64,000 bases of DNA from Selaginella moellendorffii (taxonomy: Eukaryota > Plantae > Lycopodiophyta): contig NW_003314305.1 of assembly GCF_000143415.4 (NCBI RefSeq), forward strand, positions 805,709 to 869,708, read 5' to 3'. This document shows, one piece after another, positions 24,149 through 36,950 of the stretch. The position numbers and the translations under genes are program-made. The notes beneath the pieces are model-generated. The model saw only the letters and a program-made list of their open reading frames with translations. It ran no database searches and had not been told where the DNA came from. How positions within the stretch are numbered: the stretch's first letter is position 1; the number at the start of each line of letters is the position of its first letter.

Positions 24149-26445
24149 TTATAGTTGCTCTTGTGAGAATGATGAGTGGGCATGGCTGTGGACCTTAATT
24201 TTATAGCCACCTTTTGGTCTGGGAGTTGGCCAGTATTGAATTCCCTTGTCAGCTCCAACTGCATGCCAGCTGAAAAACCAAAGAGGGAAAGAAAATGATC
24301 AGAACCAAGTTGGAGTCAAAGCTTTGACTGACCAAAAAGAAAGAAGTGCTCAAAATTCTTTATTTTCCTCACTTTTTCTCTTAAATAAAAGTTAAAACCA
24401 AATTATACCTGTAGTTTGTCACCAGCCTGTGAATGAAAATCAGTACTTCCAGCTTTACAAGCTCACTCCCTGGGCAAAGCCTTATTCCATTCCCAAATGG
24501 AGTGTACACCATTGGCTTTGGGGGCACCTACAACAAAGAGAGCAATGATAATTTAGTATACAAGAATTAGTATTCAACAGGTATTGAGTATGATGTTCTT
24601 CCTTACCTCAAATCTAGATGGATCAAACTTTAGAGGTTCCTTATAGTACTCTGGATTGAGATGGAAGTGGCGATAATACACTTGTACCCTCCAGCCTTTG
24701 GGAAACAAGATGCCTAAAGCAGCCAAAAAAGAGAAACAAATAAGTATACTAGTGTATTGCAGTGAAGGTTTTTGATACCATTATATTCCACGTCCTCGAG
24801 AATTTCCCGTGGAGAGAATGGTGCGACGTTTGCGAGGCGAAGGGTCTCTTGGACGACCTGCATTTGTTTTCTCACAAGATTTAGATACGATTCGGGCGAG
24901 GCATAAGTTCCAACAAACAAGAGTGATCCCTTTAAATACCTTGAGCGTGTACGGCATGTTTCGTACATTTGCCCACGTCAGCGGCTGCTTGTCATCGGCC
25001 ATGGACTGCCTGACGATCTCTTGCTCCTCCTGGAAAGAAAAATATTTTTAAAAATATACAAAAAAAAAGAATTAAAATGGATGGAAATTATTTACCTTGA
25101 CCAAATGGAGAACTTGAGGATTCTCTGTCAAGTACTTGACGATCCAAACGAGCAAGACCCCCGTCGTCTCGTGCCCCGCAAAGAGGAGAGTGATGAGAAC
25201 ATTCTTGACTTGGTCGGTGGTGAGTTTGATCCCGTTTTCATCGCTGGAGTTGAGGAGCGAGCTCAATATATCGTTGTGGACGCTTCTCTCCATCCTTCTC
25301 CGGGCGATGATATTGTCCAGTGCTTCGAGTATGACCTTGCTCTTCTGTCAAGGTTTAAGAATAATATATGTGAGAACGAATGAAATAATGTAATCGAATA
25401 TGGTTTTCACCTTGAGAGCCAAGTGGAATCCTGTTCCTGGGACGTTGAGCGGGAAGCAAATCGCTCCCTTCGCAACACATTCGTAGTCGTCGAGCATTTT
25501 CATAGATTCCGCGGATGGCTCCAAACTGCAAACCAAGTAGAGCGCGACATGGAACGAGAACTGCAGCCAAACATCAAAACTAAATCAATGCATTATTTTC
25601 TTGCATTCGTGAAACTCGATCAATCCTTCTACGAGGATGATGAATGGGAAAAGAACAATGCCAGCTAAAACCCACTTTTTTCTCTTTAAGTTCGTGCATC
25701 ATCGAAAGGAGAAAGAATTCGTGAGGGAACTTTGGGATATGGAATCGTGGAGCCGAGGATGGATTTTAGAAAGACTATACCTTTCGAGTCTCGGCATGTG
25801 TGATCACATGATCACCGTGAGACCATGTGTTTAGAGTCCAAGTTGCCAAGCTATCAAACTTTGAGATTTGGGATTTGAGCACCTCGGGCATCATGGGGGC
25901 TTGGACAATTTTGCGGACTCGGCAGTGGAAATCGCCCTCCCAAAAGGGGTGATTGAGCACCCGGTCGATTGAGGTCGGGTATTTGGCACGAAACAGCTTG
26001 TGGCGAGTTCCAAGTATGAATTTGGCCTCCTCTGGAGTTGATGTCACAATAGTCGTGCTCCCAAATATGTGTGACAGGAAGATACTCCCGTATCTGTGCC
26101 ACCACCAAAATTCCAACATGAGAATTCGAAAGAAACCATCCAGACAGAGAGAAGAACAAGAAGAAGAAGATCATCAGGAGAGAGAAGATTTTCTTGAGAA
26201 AAGGTTGGAACTTTGACAATGGACCTTGAGAATCTTGTCTTGTAGAAATCGTCAGGGCTCCTCCAGAAGAAGTCGAGGCTCTCTCCAAGCCAGGGAAGCC
26301 ACCAGTTGCCTCTTGGAAGCTTTGCATTCTTCTCGCGCCTCCAAGCTCTCGCGAGTGATATCAAAATGCCCCATTGAGACAAAGCATCCCACATTCCAGC
26401 CACCATCGCCACTAACGCAAAAACACTCGCCACAATTGCCACCAT
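24149..26445 (-). CDS. Cytochrome P450, CYP85 clan (CYP707-like), about 8 exons
   Basis: [24 protein letters not shown] (I-helix), ETLR (ExxR), FDPSRF and [11 protein letters not shown] (heme Cys). Confidence 0.92.
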
Positions 26446-29400
26446 GGCTTGCCTTTCCCAAAGCAAAAACAATATAAATCTTCTTCTTCTTCTTCTTCTT
26501 TCCTTCTCCTTCTTCCTCTTCTACTGCTGCTTACTACTATTCGAAAAACTAGCTTTACACACTCCGGCTGTATCTATGCGTGGAGAGAAGTGGAGTGGAG
26601 TTTTTTTTCTCTCTTCTTTCACTGAGACACACACTCAGGAAGGCCTTGCAGTGCTCGCAGAGTTTAAACCCTGGCCAGCAGCCAGCAACAACAACAAAGA
26701 AACAAAAGAGCTACGAGCAAATTTGTTGGATTGGACTGGCCACGCAATATATATACTTGTGGTTGGATCGATAGAGCGATTTTGCGAATCACGGGATGGA
26801 TCTATGCCGAATTAAACAAGGAAAGAGCAGGGGAAAGGGCCGCCGCTGCGACGCTCTATACTAGTCGAGAAAAAAACCACCGCAAGGCCGAGCAGAAAAT
26901 AGCCAAGAACACTTCTTTATATCGAGCAATGCAATAGTATAAGGGAGGGGACATATATATATTGGCTGGGAACAACTTAGACAAGAGAGAATGGAGATTT
27001 AAGTCTAGAAGCTATGATAGATCAAGCATTGCATGGCATGATCCAATGGTCCATTCAGTAAATTAACAATCCAAGAGCTTAGACGACCAACACTTGAGAT
27101 TATAATCAAAGTTACACGAATCCAAAGACTTCGCTTGTGATTATATGATACGTTTTCATTATATAAGATCTCTAAATAATAAAAATAAAATTGGGGAAAA
27201 AAGAAAAGAGCCTTTTTTGTCTTACGTATGACTCTTAATCATTGGGCACGCATATATGATCGCCACATTCTTGTAATGTTTACCGAGATTTGGACCACTG
27301 TGGCCCAAAAGCCCTACCGTATCTGATAGTGTTTGCATGAGCCACAGTGACCCGTCACATGGGCCACTGGCCACTTTCCCCGAAGATGGCTAAGCTAGAG
27401 ATCTGTATGCACTTGTCCAAAACTTAAATTATGGCCACCGCCACCTACTGGCAGCTACGCGTCCGGCCTACCGCTTCAAGATGCTTTAAAATTCCCTGTG
27501 ATATACGTAGACCCTCGTACAGGGATACGTACACGCGATCTCTTTCGATCGCAAAAACTGGAAGCTTCAATTCAATTCTTTCCAGTGGTGGAGAAAGTAG
27601 TAAGGATTTCCTTCCAGGACTGGACTGGACTGGACCCTTTCAGGAGCGCGTGTGTTTTTCATCGATTCCTCCTCACGCTTTAGATGGGTACGGTGGTGGC
27701 ACGCACACTTTTATTTAGTATGGAAAATAAGATCTCAAAATTTTATTTTGATGTCAATCTCTCTTCCCTCTCTTCAAATATTAAATAATATTTTTTGATA
27801 TATAAATCCGAGACTAGTCATTGTCCTCTTTTGATGCCTGTTTCTGGATCCACCACTTTCCTACTTAATATAACATATTAACCACCATTCACACCTTTAG
27901 TGTACTGCAAGTTTGAACATTCAAAAGAGCACTTTAGACAAACATAACAGAGAGAAAGAGAACAGAGAAGTTACTAATTGATTTACTGGGAATTTATATT
28001 CTATTTCTCAAATATAATTACATACGGGCTGTATATGTTTCTTCTTACTCCTAGAATGTAGCTTTCTTCCAGTCCCACTGTTGCTACTGCTGTTACTTTA
28101 GCAGTGCCTCCTTGCCTGCCTGCAATTGTTGACGAATATTATGTGTATTGACATTGAAATGGATGGAGCTTTTATGCTTTTATTTGCTATCAGGTGTGCT
28201 GTTGTGCATGTCATTTCTAGAGGGAGAGCATACCAAAAACATGCCCCCCAAACTCCTTTCATATGTTTTTTTGATCTTCTAGTCTATGAATTAGAGCCAA
28301 AGTCTAGTAGACAAGGACTCCTAGTAGTGAGAAAATTTTCTTGGAAAGAAAGAAACAAAAAGCAAAAGATTCAAACAACCACAACACAACACACACTAGA
28401 AATCTTTGCTGGATGGCTGGCTCTCCCTGTAGTGTTTTTTATTTGCTACAAGTTGTAAATCCCTGCACTGTGGTGAAAAGTCAAAGCCAGTGAATACTTC
28501 TGCTGTCTAAAGACAATGTCAACAGCTGGGTTGGGCACAAGTCAAGCTCTTTATATACTTTTGATCAGGAACTCCATAAATTCTACAAGGGGTGCTATAT
28601 ATATGATTGAGAGATGCAAAGTTACATGAATGTGGGCAAAGGAAATTGACTTTGCAGCAGCAGCCACCAATTATAAATTCCTACCACTTCCACTCCACAC
28701 AAAACACTTTCCAACCCATCCATGCACACAAGATCTATCCTCCACTTTAATTCCCTTTGGCTGGGTCACCTGCAGCATTAGAGTGCTCCAGTACAAATAG
28801 ATATGTGATCTCCAAGAGCGATCTCTTCTCTTTAAAGTTTTCACCCCAAAAATCTCATGGGCCTTTTTTGCTTGATCATTGACCGACTCAAAACAAATAA
28901 TAGATTAATATTTATAATAATAATTGTAATTATATAAAGTGTTTAAACTTTTTCTTAGGGATTTGAGTGTATCCGGATTGGTTTGCTTTGGAACTTTACA
29001 GAGCTTTGCTACGTCATTGGTAGGCAGCATGGAGTTGTATAGAGGCTGATCTTAGCGATTTATAAATTTATTGGCCCAAGATTGCATGCTTGGATGGAAA
29101 TGGATGGATACGAACTTATGAGGTGATGTGTGAAAGTGGAAGCCTTCCAACAGCAATATATCACATTGTATCTCGTGAGTGACACTAACCAACTAACCTT
29201 CCTGGAGAAAACAAAGAAAAGTATTTTAGCATATGGATGTTTACAAGCTCCCATTCGATCCAATCTCAACAGCATCCCCATAAAAAGTAAACAAACAAAA
29301 GGAAACAAATTGTTTTCCAAGAGGCTTGGAAGAACACCATACATACACGCATGCGATTCTCTTGACAAAAACACACACCCCTCCTTGCAAGGGAACAGTG

Positions 29401-30611
29401 TCAATCAAAACAATCATAGAAATGTTACAATCATTGGGAACACAAATGGAGACGAATCGTCCAAAGCGAAAGCTAGAACGACCAGGCCTAGTGAGTTGAG
29501 AAATCAAAAAAGCTTTCACTCCAAACAAAGAAAATCTGACCACCAGAAGAGAGAGGGCAAAAAATCGCTGCTCCATCTATGCAAGTAGCCATTGTTGGCA
29601 TTTACTTAGACTGTGCTCCACCAATAATGCCCTTTCCAAACATCACTTTAGACCACTGTTTTGGACTTTTCCAAACCTGTGAGCGTGCATGTGTGCATTG
29701 CGCAGTCATTCAAATCTCTGGAGCTCTCTAGCTCTCTCTCTCTCTCTCTCGGACATTACACGCACACACATACACACAACACACAACTCAACATCGCTCA
29801 CAAACAAAACAACAAAATGCCATCACATCACCAAACATCTCCAAACATCTCCTTGGTACCCGAGCTAATAACTACACTGCGCTAGCTACCACTTCACAAC
29901 ACCAACAAGACGACTACGATCTTCCTCTATTCGTAGGACGCACTCTCCAGGAAAGTAAGAAAGAATTGAAAAGTCGAAACGCGAGAAAGCGTACCTCCTT
30001 GACAGCGAGCGAGCGAGAGCGAGAGATCACGAGTCGTCCCCCAGCAGCAGCATTAACGCGATTCCCCAAACGGGAGCAGCGTTCGTTCATTCGTTCGTTC
30101 GTTCGTTCCCGTTCACCTGGAAGGAGACCAGTCGTCAAAATGGTTTAGTAGTCCAGCATTCAGAGGACCAAAGAAAGAAGGGAAAGAAAAGAAAAAACAA
30201 ACAGCTAGCTAGAGCATTGAAGGAGGCTTACCTTCCTACTGCTGCTCGCTGCTGCCTCTGTAGCTCGCTCAGGTTGGAAATTTTCCAGTAGCGTACAGGG
30301 AGTCCAACCCGGCCTCTCCACCTTTACTCGCACACAACAAAAACAGCAGGTCAGCCCATATGGACAAAGTCATAGATTGCATAGATATTTGAGGCCTGGA
30401 AAAAAATAAACTCTTAGAGCTCAAAGATCTTTCTTACCACCCCCACTTCCCTTTTAATCTGATAAAAGTAAAGCTGGATCCAGCCACGAATCTTTGACAC
30501 TCAAAGCCAGCTGACAAAGACAATGACAAGCTGCGCAAGTAGGCCAAAGACACTCCAACTGGAAGAAAAAAGTTTTGTATATATGTGTTAGCCACTGTTT
30601 ACCCGGACCTA

Positions 30612-32237
30612 TCACTTGCGAGCCGAGCGCGGCTTGAGGGAAGCAGGAACGAGCTGTAGGGATGTTTTCATCTTTGTGATGAGCTTGAATGTCTCTTCGG
30701 CCTCGACCTGTCGCCGAGGATCATTGTTCGCGGTGGCGGCGGCTCGATCGGGATGGAACCGTAAGATAGCCTTTTTGTATGCGGCATTCACCTACAAGTG
30801 ATTCGCAGCAATGTTAAACAAAGGGAAAAAAATGCGCCACCTTACGAGCAAATGACAAAAGACATGCCTGTTCTGGAGTACATTGAACCCCTCCCTCCAC
30901 AGCGATCCCAAGACGATGTAGAACCGTGGCCATGTCCAGGCAGCCAGCAACTTTTCGCTCCAGCTCGCTCTGAATTTGTCCGCGCATCAACTCCTTGATT
31001 CCATTGTTCTTCATTTCCTGCAAAACGCCGAGCCAACGTGAGCGACAAAGCCAAGACCAGAAAGAAAAGAACAAAAGAGAGCTTTACCTGTATTTGATTC
31101 TCGCGAATCTGTTCTACTCGTTGTTTTTGCCTGCTTTCCATTGCTAGCTGTCGCTCGGCCTCTGCTTTCTTTCTTTTCTTGAGCCTCTGGGCCTCTTGTG
31201 CCTAAACAAGACAAGATGCCGAGCGTTACATACAACCATAAACTGCAAAAGAAAAAGCCAACCTGTTTTTGAAGCTCTTCCTGCCGACGTTGCCACTCCT
31301 CCTCGTCAGCCTTCTTGAACTCGTCAGACTCCTTGACTTTCTCGCGATCGGCAATAAACTCCGACGCTCCACATTTGTCCGTCACGATATCACTTGAGGG
31401 TGTACAATTCTCGGCCAGGCTCTGTGTAGCTGTCTCGCTATTGGTTCCATGATCCTTCTTCAATGGCGGTGTTCTCCTCGTGTCTCCAAATCCATTGGAG
31501 AACGGGCTCTGGCACCTCCTTAATTCTTCCTTGAACTCCCTGCTGAATAAATTCTTATTGCCGCTACTTGGCTCTCCCTTCGCCTGGTACACCCCAGACG
31601 TTCCATTGGCAGCGCCTTGTTTCTTCGTATGTCTGTGCTCCTTAAACACAACTTCCGGTTCCACCTGATCGTGAAACATCGACTGGACGTGAACATCATC
31701 CGACTCATTGATGTTCCACCTTGAAGTTGATGCGCTCTCGTCCCCTGACGAGTGCTTTCTCTCGCTTGGAGCACCGCTAACGCCATCGCCAGCTTTCCCT
31801 GCCTTCGGGAAAGACTGATACCTCTTTCTCTTCTCGGCGGCTTCTTCCCACCGCTTGCGTATGTCACTGTGAGCACCGATTTCCACCTCACAGTCTGAGA
31901 GATCGACAGTAGTAGTAGTAGTGGTAGTAGCAGTGTGGTCACTTACAGCTGAGTTCCACTTCACAGGCCTCTTGGCGCCGACTCTCTTCGACTGGCGCCT
32001 CTTTGGAGGCAACCAACAGCCAGTGATTTTACAATCGTCGTCTTCCTCCTCATCCGAGCAAGCAAATTTCTCCCGTCCAGCATTCTTATCCTCGTCAAGC
32101 ACCACCACTCTTATGCCTCTCTTCCTGAGAGGACGAACAGGCCGCTGTGACGAAGAAGAATCCATCATTCTCCTGAGCCTGGAGCCGTCAGCTCCACGGA
32201 ATCCACCAAACAAAGCCTCCGGCCCATGCGTTGCCAT
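30612..32237 (-). CDS. Coiled-coil protein with C-terminal J (DnaJ-like) domain
   Basis: REKVKESDEFKKADEEEWQRRQEELQKQ coiled coil and last exon VNAAYKKAILRFHPDR...EAEETFKLI. The last intron needs a GC donor at 30867. Confidence 0.85.
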
Positions 32238-32703
32238 CGCTGCTGCGAGAAAATCTCAAGCGCCGCCCCAGCTATTGCCGAAGCGATCTCATCTATCGAT
32301 CCTACCCTGGCCTACCCTGAGCAGCGATCGTGCGCCGCAGTCACCGCCTGGCGCCTCCGAGAGTTCCCTCGCTTCCGCGCGCCTTTGGCATTGCCCTAAT
32401 ACGAGGGAAACCCTAGAAGTCATGCTTCTTCCAGAAAAAGAATATCCCATGCATATTATATATTTGTCAAAAATCGTCTTATCGAAATCTCAGCCGTTGA
32501 TTTTAGGGCAACTCTATCCGGAAAAACCAGCTAACGGTCCCTTCGATCATTTATAACATTGTTTAGAATTACATTATGAAATTCGTTAAGTAATTATTTT
32601 ATTTTTGGGAGTTAACCAAAAAAACTCTCTGATAAATCTACTTTGCAGTGTTTTTTTTTCATATTCGTGAAATATACTGGAGAACTATGGCGAAAATTCG
32701 GTT

Positions 32704-33901
32704 CTAGATGCTTGCGGTCTGTCCACAACACCTGAAAGTTGGGCCGTTTACAGCGAGAAGAACACAAAGAACAGCCATACCGCTTGTATTTCTTCCCAGA
32801 GCCGCAAGAGCACAGCTGGTTTCGACTGAGTATAGGGACGCTCTTGGGCGATTTCCATCGTCCACCCATAAGGGCCTCCACCTTGAAAGGCCAAAACATT
32901 TGTCAAGACAGTCACACAGTTCATCGCAAAGGAGAGAAACTCTTACTTCATCAAAACTCTTTGGGAGAGGCTTCCCTTCCTTTCTCAGCTTCTCCACCTT
33001 GCTGTGAGCTTCTTTGGTCCACTTGTACTTGGAGAGAATGTCCTCCACCTCCTCAGCTCGGGCTTTACATTTCACTGCTACTTCGGCCACCTGCGATGCT
33101 CCAATTTGCTGAATCCCCACCCAACACACCATTGTTTATATCTGTATACCTGGAAATCAGACTACATTGCTTCAAACAAAACCAGGCAAAAACTGGAAGA
33201 GGTAGAGCAAGAAACTTGATCAAGCAAGCCAGTGATTTGTCCCTTGCTTCAAACAAAACCAGGCAAAAGATGGAAGAGGTAGAGCAAGAAACTTGATCAC
33301 GCAAGCTTCACTGACTACTAGCTTGCAGCTTTAGAACACAGCAACGCAAGAAAGAAGAAAGCTTCATCGATCAGGAAAGAGAGTGGAGAGAGCTTACTTC
33401 TGTTTTGTAAGTGGCTAGAGCTCGGATCATCTTCTCTTGCTTCTCGAGAATAGCGGAGATTTGTTCTTTGGAAGCGCCCTTGACAAGAGAGCCAGCGTAC
33501 CGGGCCTTCTTGAGCTCGTCAGCAAAGGCTGGAAGAGAAGTAAAGAGAACGATGAACAAGCGAAGAAAAAAAAGAGAGAGCTTACCTTCCATAGAATAGA
33601 CGCTTGGAGCTACAGCCGATTTCACAGTGTTGACAATCTTAGAAGCGATACTCTCGGAAGGCTTGGACGCTTGCTCGATGGATGCTCGCAGCGGTGGCTT
33701 CGATTCTTCCATCGGCTTTGATTCCGCTGGCTTGTCACGGACGAAGAGGCCCTTGATCCTCTGGAACCACGAGCTCTTGAGCGACTCCTCCGCCGCCGCC
33801 GCATTCTCCTGATTGCTAGCTACGGCCATACCTCTGGCGATGACGAGCCCCGGCGGCATTGCGCTGGTTCGCCTGGCGAGCAACCGAGCCGCCATGCTCA
33901 T
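32704..33901 (-). CDS. SEC-C motif protein, probably mitochondrial
   Basis: Arg-rich presequence, FADELKKAR, LSKYKWTKEAHSK...GKPLPKSFDEV and C-terminal RNQLCSCGSGKKYKRCCG. Confidence 0.85.
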
Positions 33902-34999
33902 GACGAAGAGGAGCTAAAAAACCCTGGGGTTTTATTTAGGGTTCTTGGAGAGAGAGAGTTAGGGTTGGCTCAACCGGAGATTAAGCTGGCGACTGGATAC
34001 TTCCCTCCCAACGAGCGCTGATGGATCGACCAGGCGCCGAAGCGAAGCTCGAAATCTGGTCGATCTTTGTGGAAATTGATGCGGCTTCGCTAGATTCAGG
34101 TAGGATTTCACCTCCATTTCCATTCTTGCGTCTTGGTAGAAATATCGAGACTTTCTCCTTGTCCCGAGGTTTTTCTCGCTGGACGAATGCGATTTCTCTG
34201 CATTTTCGCGTCTTGGAACCTTTTGTTTCGTGTATGCTGAGGTTTTCTCGCTTGTCCTGAAGTTCTTCTCTCGCATTCTTGGCTGGAATCCGAGGGACAT
34301 GGTTGATACACGGGAATGCTGATCTGACTGCTGAGGATTCAGTTCTGCATGGCATTGGGCTACCATTGCAACAAATAAAAGATATGCTTAGATTATTAAT
34401 GCTCACTTGGAAAGAAACGTAGAGATATGGTGGCAATAGGTGTTTCAGTTCATTGAAGCCCATAGCATAATTGAGCCGGATTTTGTTTGGTGGAGTATAC
34501 TAAAGTGTATTCAGGCATATTGGCTTGCATTGCCATTAATAAGTTCTTATCAGACATTTTAAATATAGTCCAGGAATCATGAACATTGGAGTTCCAATGT
34601 TCAAGCTGTTGGCAAAAATATGCTATATGACTAGATCACACAACTAATGTCAAAGTGACCATGGGAATTGTTTATTGGAAACATAAAGTGTTAGTACTGA
34701 AGAAAACAACAATTTTAATTACAAACTGTAGTAAAAGCAATTTCAAAAGCATGTTGATCATTTATCATAAGATTAGTAACTATGGTAGTATATGCCAAAG
34801 GAAGAGTATGTTGAAAGTCCCCTGGTGAAAAGATCATTCCAGCAACTATCATTTGTTCCAAAAACTCTGAATATGCCTGTTTCCAATTTGCTTAGGGTTT
34901 CTATCTCACCGTAAGTTATATCCAAACAGCAATACAAAAGGGATGGAATGAAGTGTTAATAAAAGTACTATTCTGAAGAGTTCCAGCAGTAAAGTGAGC

Positions 35000-36950
35000 T
35001 CAAAAAATTTCCAGTGCTCAAAGTTAGCATATAAAATAAAACCAAAAATACAAATCAATCTAGATTTTAAGTGCCATAAAAAATGGGAAGTGCGCAATAA
35101 CCATGATGTAGGCTAAGATGCTATATATTGACTGAAAACCAAATCATTACCAATATTTATAATAGAAAAAGAATCAGAATATTCAGAGTATACATAATCA
35201 AAATATTTGGACAAGAAAATAACTAGTAAAATCTTTATGTTAAATGAAAATAATGTTTCAAAAATTAAAAAAAATACAGACAAATAAAATTGTAGCATAT
35301 CATTCACCACCTAATTCACATGTTTAATTTGCTCATCTGTTTGAAGATAATTTCCACTTGAGAGCTTCAAAGTCACTTATATAGTTTTTGCAAAGTTTTT
35401 CCAAAATCTATTGATGAACTTTGAGTCTCAATCATTGACAATATCCTTTAGCAAACCAAATTAAAAAAAAAACCTTTTTATAAAGTTTTAATGGATCAAT
35501 AATATAAAGTACTAGATGGAAGAAGTCCTTATATCACCAAGTTGTACTTCTCAACAAACTTTGTTAAAACAAAGTTATCATCCCTCCTATTATCCAATAA
35601 AATCTATATTGAACCTTCATGAAATACACCTTCAAACATTAATGTTGATGAATAAATATCCTTAAAATTCATTTTATTCCACACATAGTTTAGTTGATGA
35701 GCAATGATCAAAAGCCTTTTTCTCCGACCAAAATAATCTTCTTTGTCATTCTCACATTACAAATTTTACAACTTCTTAATATTCAACTTGCCATCATTAG
35801 AAAATTAGCCATTTTTTTTGCTTTATTACTTGTTCTTTAGCTATGGATAAGCAACCTTGTAGTGTCCAACCTTACTGCAATAATGACAACTTTGTTTATA
35901 ATTCTTTATAAAGAACTTCTACTTCTTCCACCCTTTTGTATTTGAGATAACCATCATACACTTCAGTTTATGATGTTTGTTTCCATCTTTGTATCCATAA
36001 TGATCATCATGACAATTCTCAACATAAAGACTTCTCAAATGCTTAGAAGACTTATATTTATTATTGTCAAGTCGAGCCATATCAAATAACTTCTGCAAAT
36101 TCTTTATAAGTTGAGAATGATGCAAATATTGCCATATGCTCTCACTATGAAAGATATTAATGAAGTAGAATTTGTTTTGATATGGATCCTTTGTTGGAAT
36201 ATAACTAATTAAGTGAATAAACTTCTCAATATAATCCTTAAGTATCATTTTCCTTTGCTAAAAATATTGAAGTTCCATGCGAGCATTCTCTACATTGTAA
36301 TAAAGGGCAAAACATAAACAAAAAACAACCTCAAACTCATCTATGTTAGACATTAGTGGTTTTTTATCCACAACATAAGACTCCTTAAACAATTCCACCA
36401 TTGAAAACCCATATCACGTAAAACCATTAAAATAATCATTAAAGTTTTTGAATATAGAGTTCCCTTAGCAATTAAAAACTTCTTCACATTGTCTAATTAA
36501 GTTAAACACTCGTCCACACCACTATCACTAGAAAAAATTGGAATTTTAAGTCGATCCATCAAGGAAATCTTACTTAGAGTGCCACCACATTTAACTTTAA
36601 GTGCCTCAACATGCCTATACATGATATCCATCATCTTGTCTTGCATCTTTTGCTGATTTTGATTAAAGGCTTACAACTCATGAATAACATTTTGAATAAT
36701 CTAAACCTTTACAACTCCATCAACACCATCATTAGCACCACTATTGATAATAAAATTCTAGCATTCATTTTGGTCAGCCATCACAATGACCTCTCTTTGA
36801 TACCAATGTTAAAAGACTTAGTCTTCCTAGATTATATTACACCTTCTCCTAATGTTTTTCACCACCCAATTACTCATGAGCTACCTTAAAATTTCCATTA
36901 TGCTACCACTCTTAGATAGGTTAACCTTTACCCTAAGTTTAGAGTTCTTT
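35000..36950 (-). mobile_element. Highly degraded Ty3/gypsy remnant (integrase and gag/protease traces)
   Basis: Minus strand TLKLSSGNYLQTDEQIKHVN* near 35310-35375 is a decayed version of integrase LKFSSAYHPQTDGQTERVN. AT-rich, boundaries unresolved. Confidence 0.6.

Noticed and set aside
29060-29588. ORFs of 111-152 aa in the long intergenic region
   Set aside because: Composition reflects low-complexity UTR/intron-like DNA, with no motifs.
26450-30600. Conserved MIRNA or TAS3 locus
   Set aside because: No match seen by eye to the conserved miRNAs I checked (miR156/160/166/171/319/396/408) or to miR390 sites.
33959-34463. Gene divergent from or upstream of the SEC-C gene
   Set aside because: Telo-box-like motifs are present, but the ORFs have no recognisable protein signal and no consistent exon chain.
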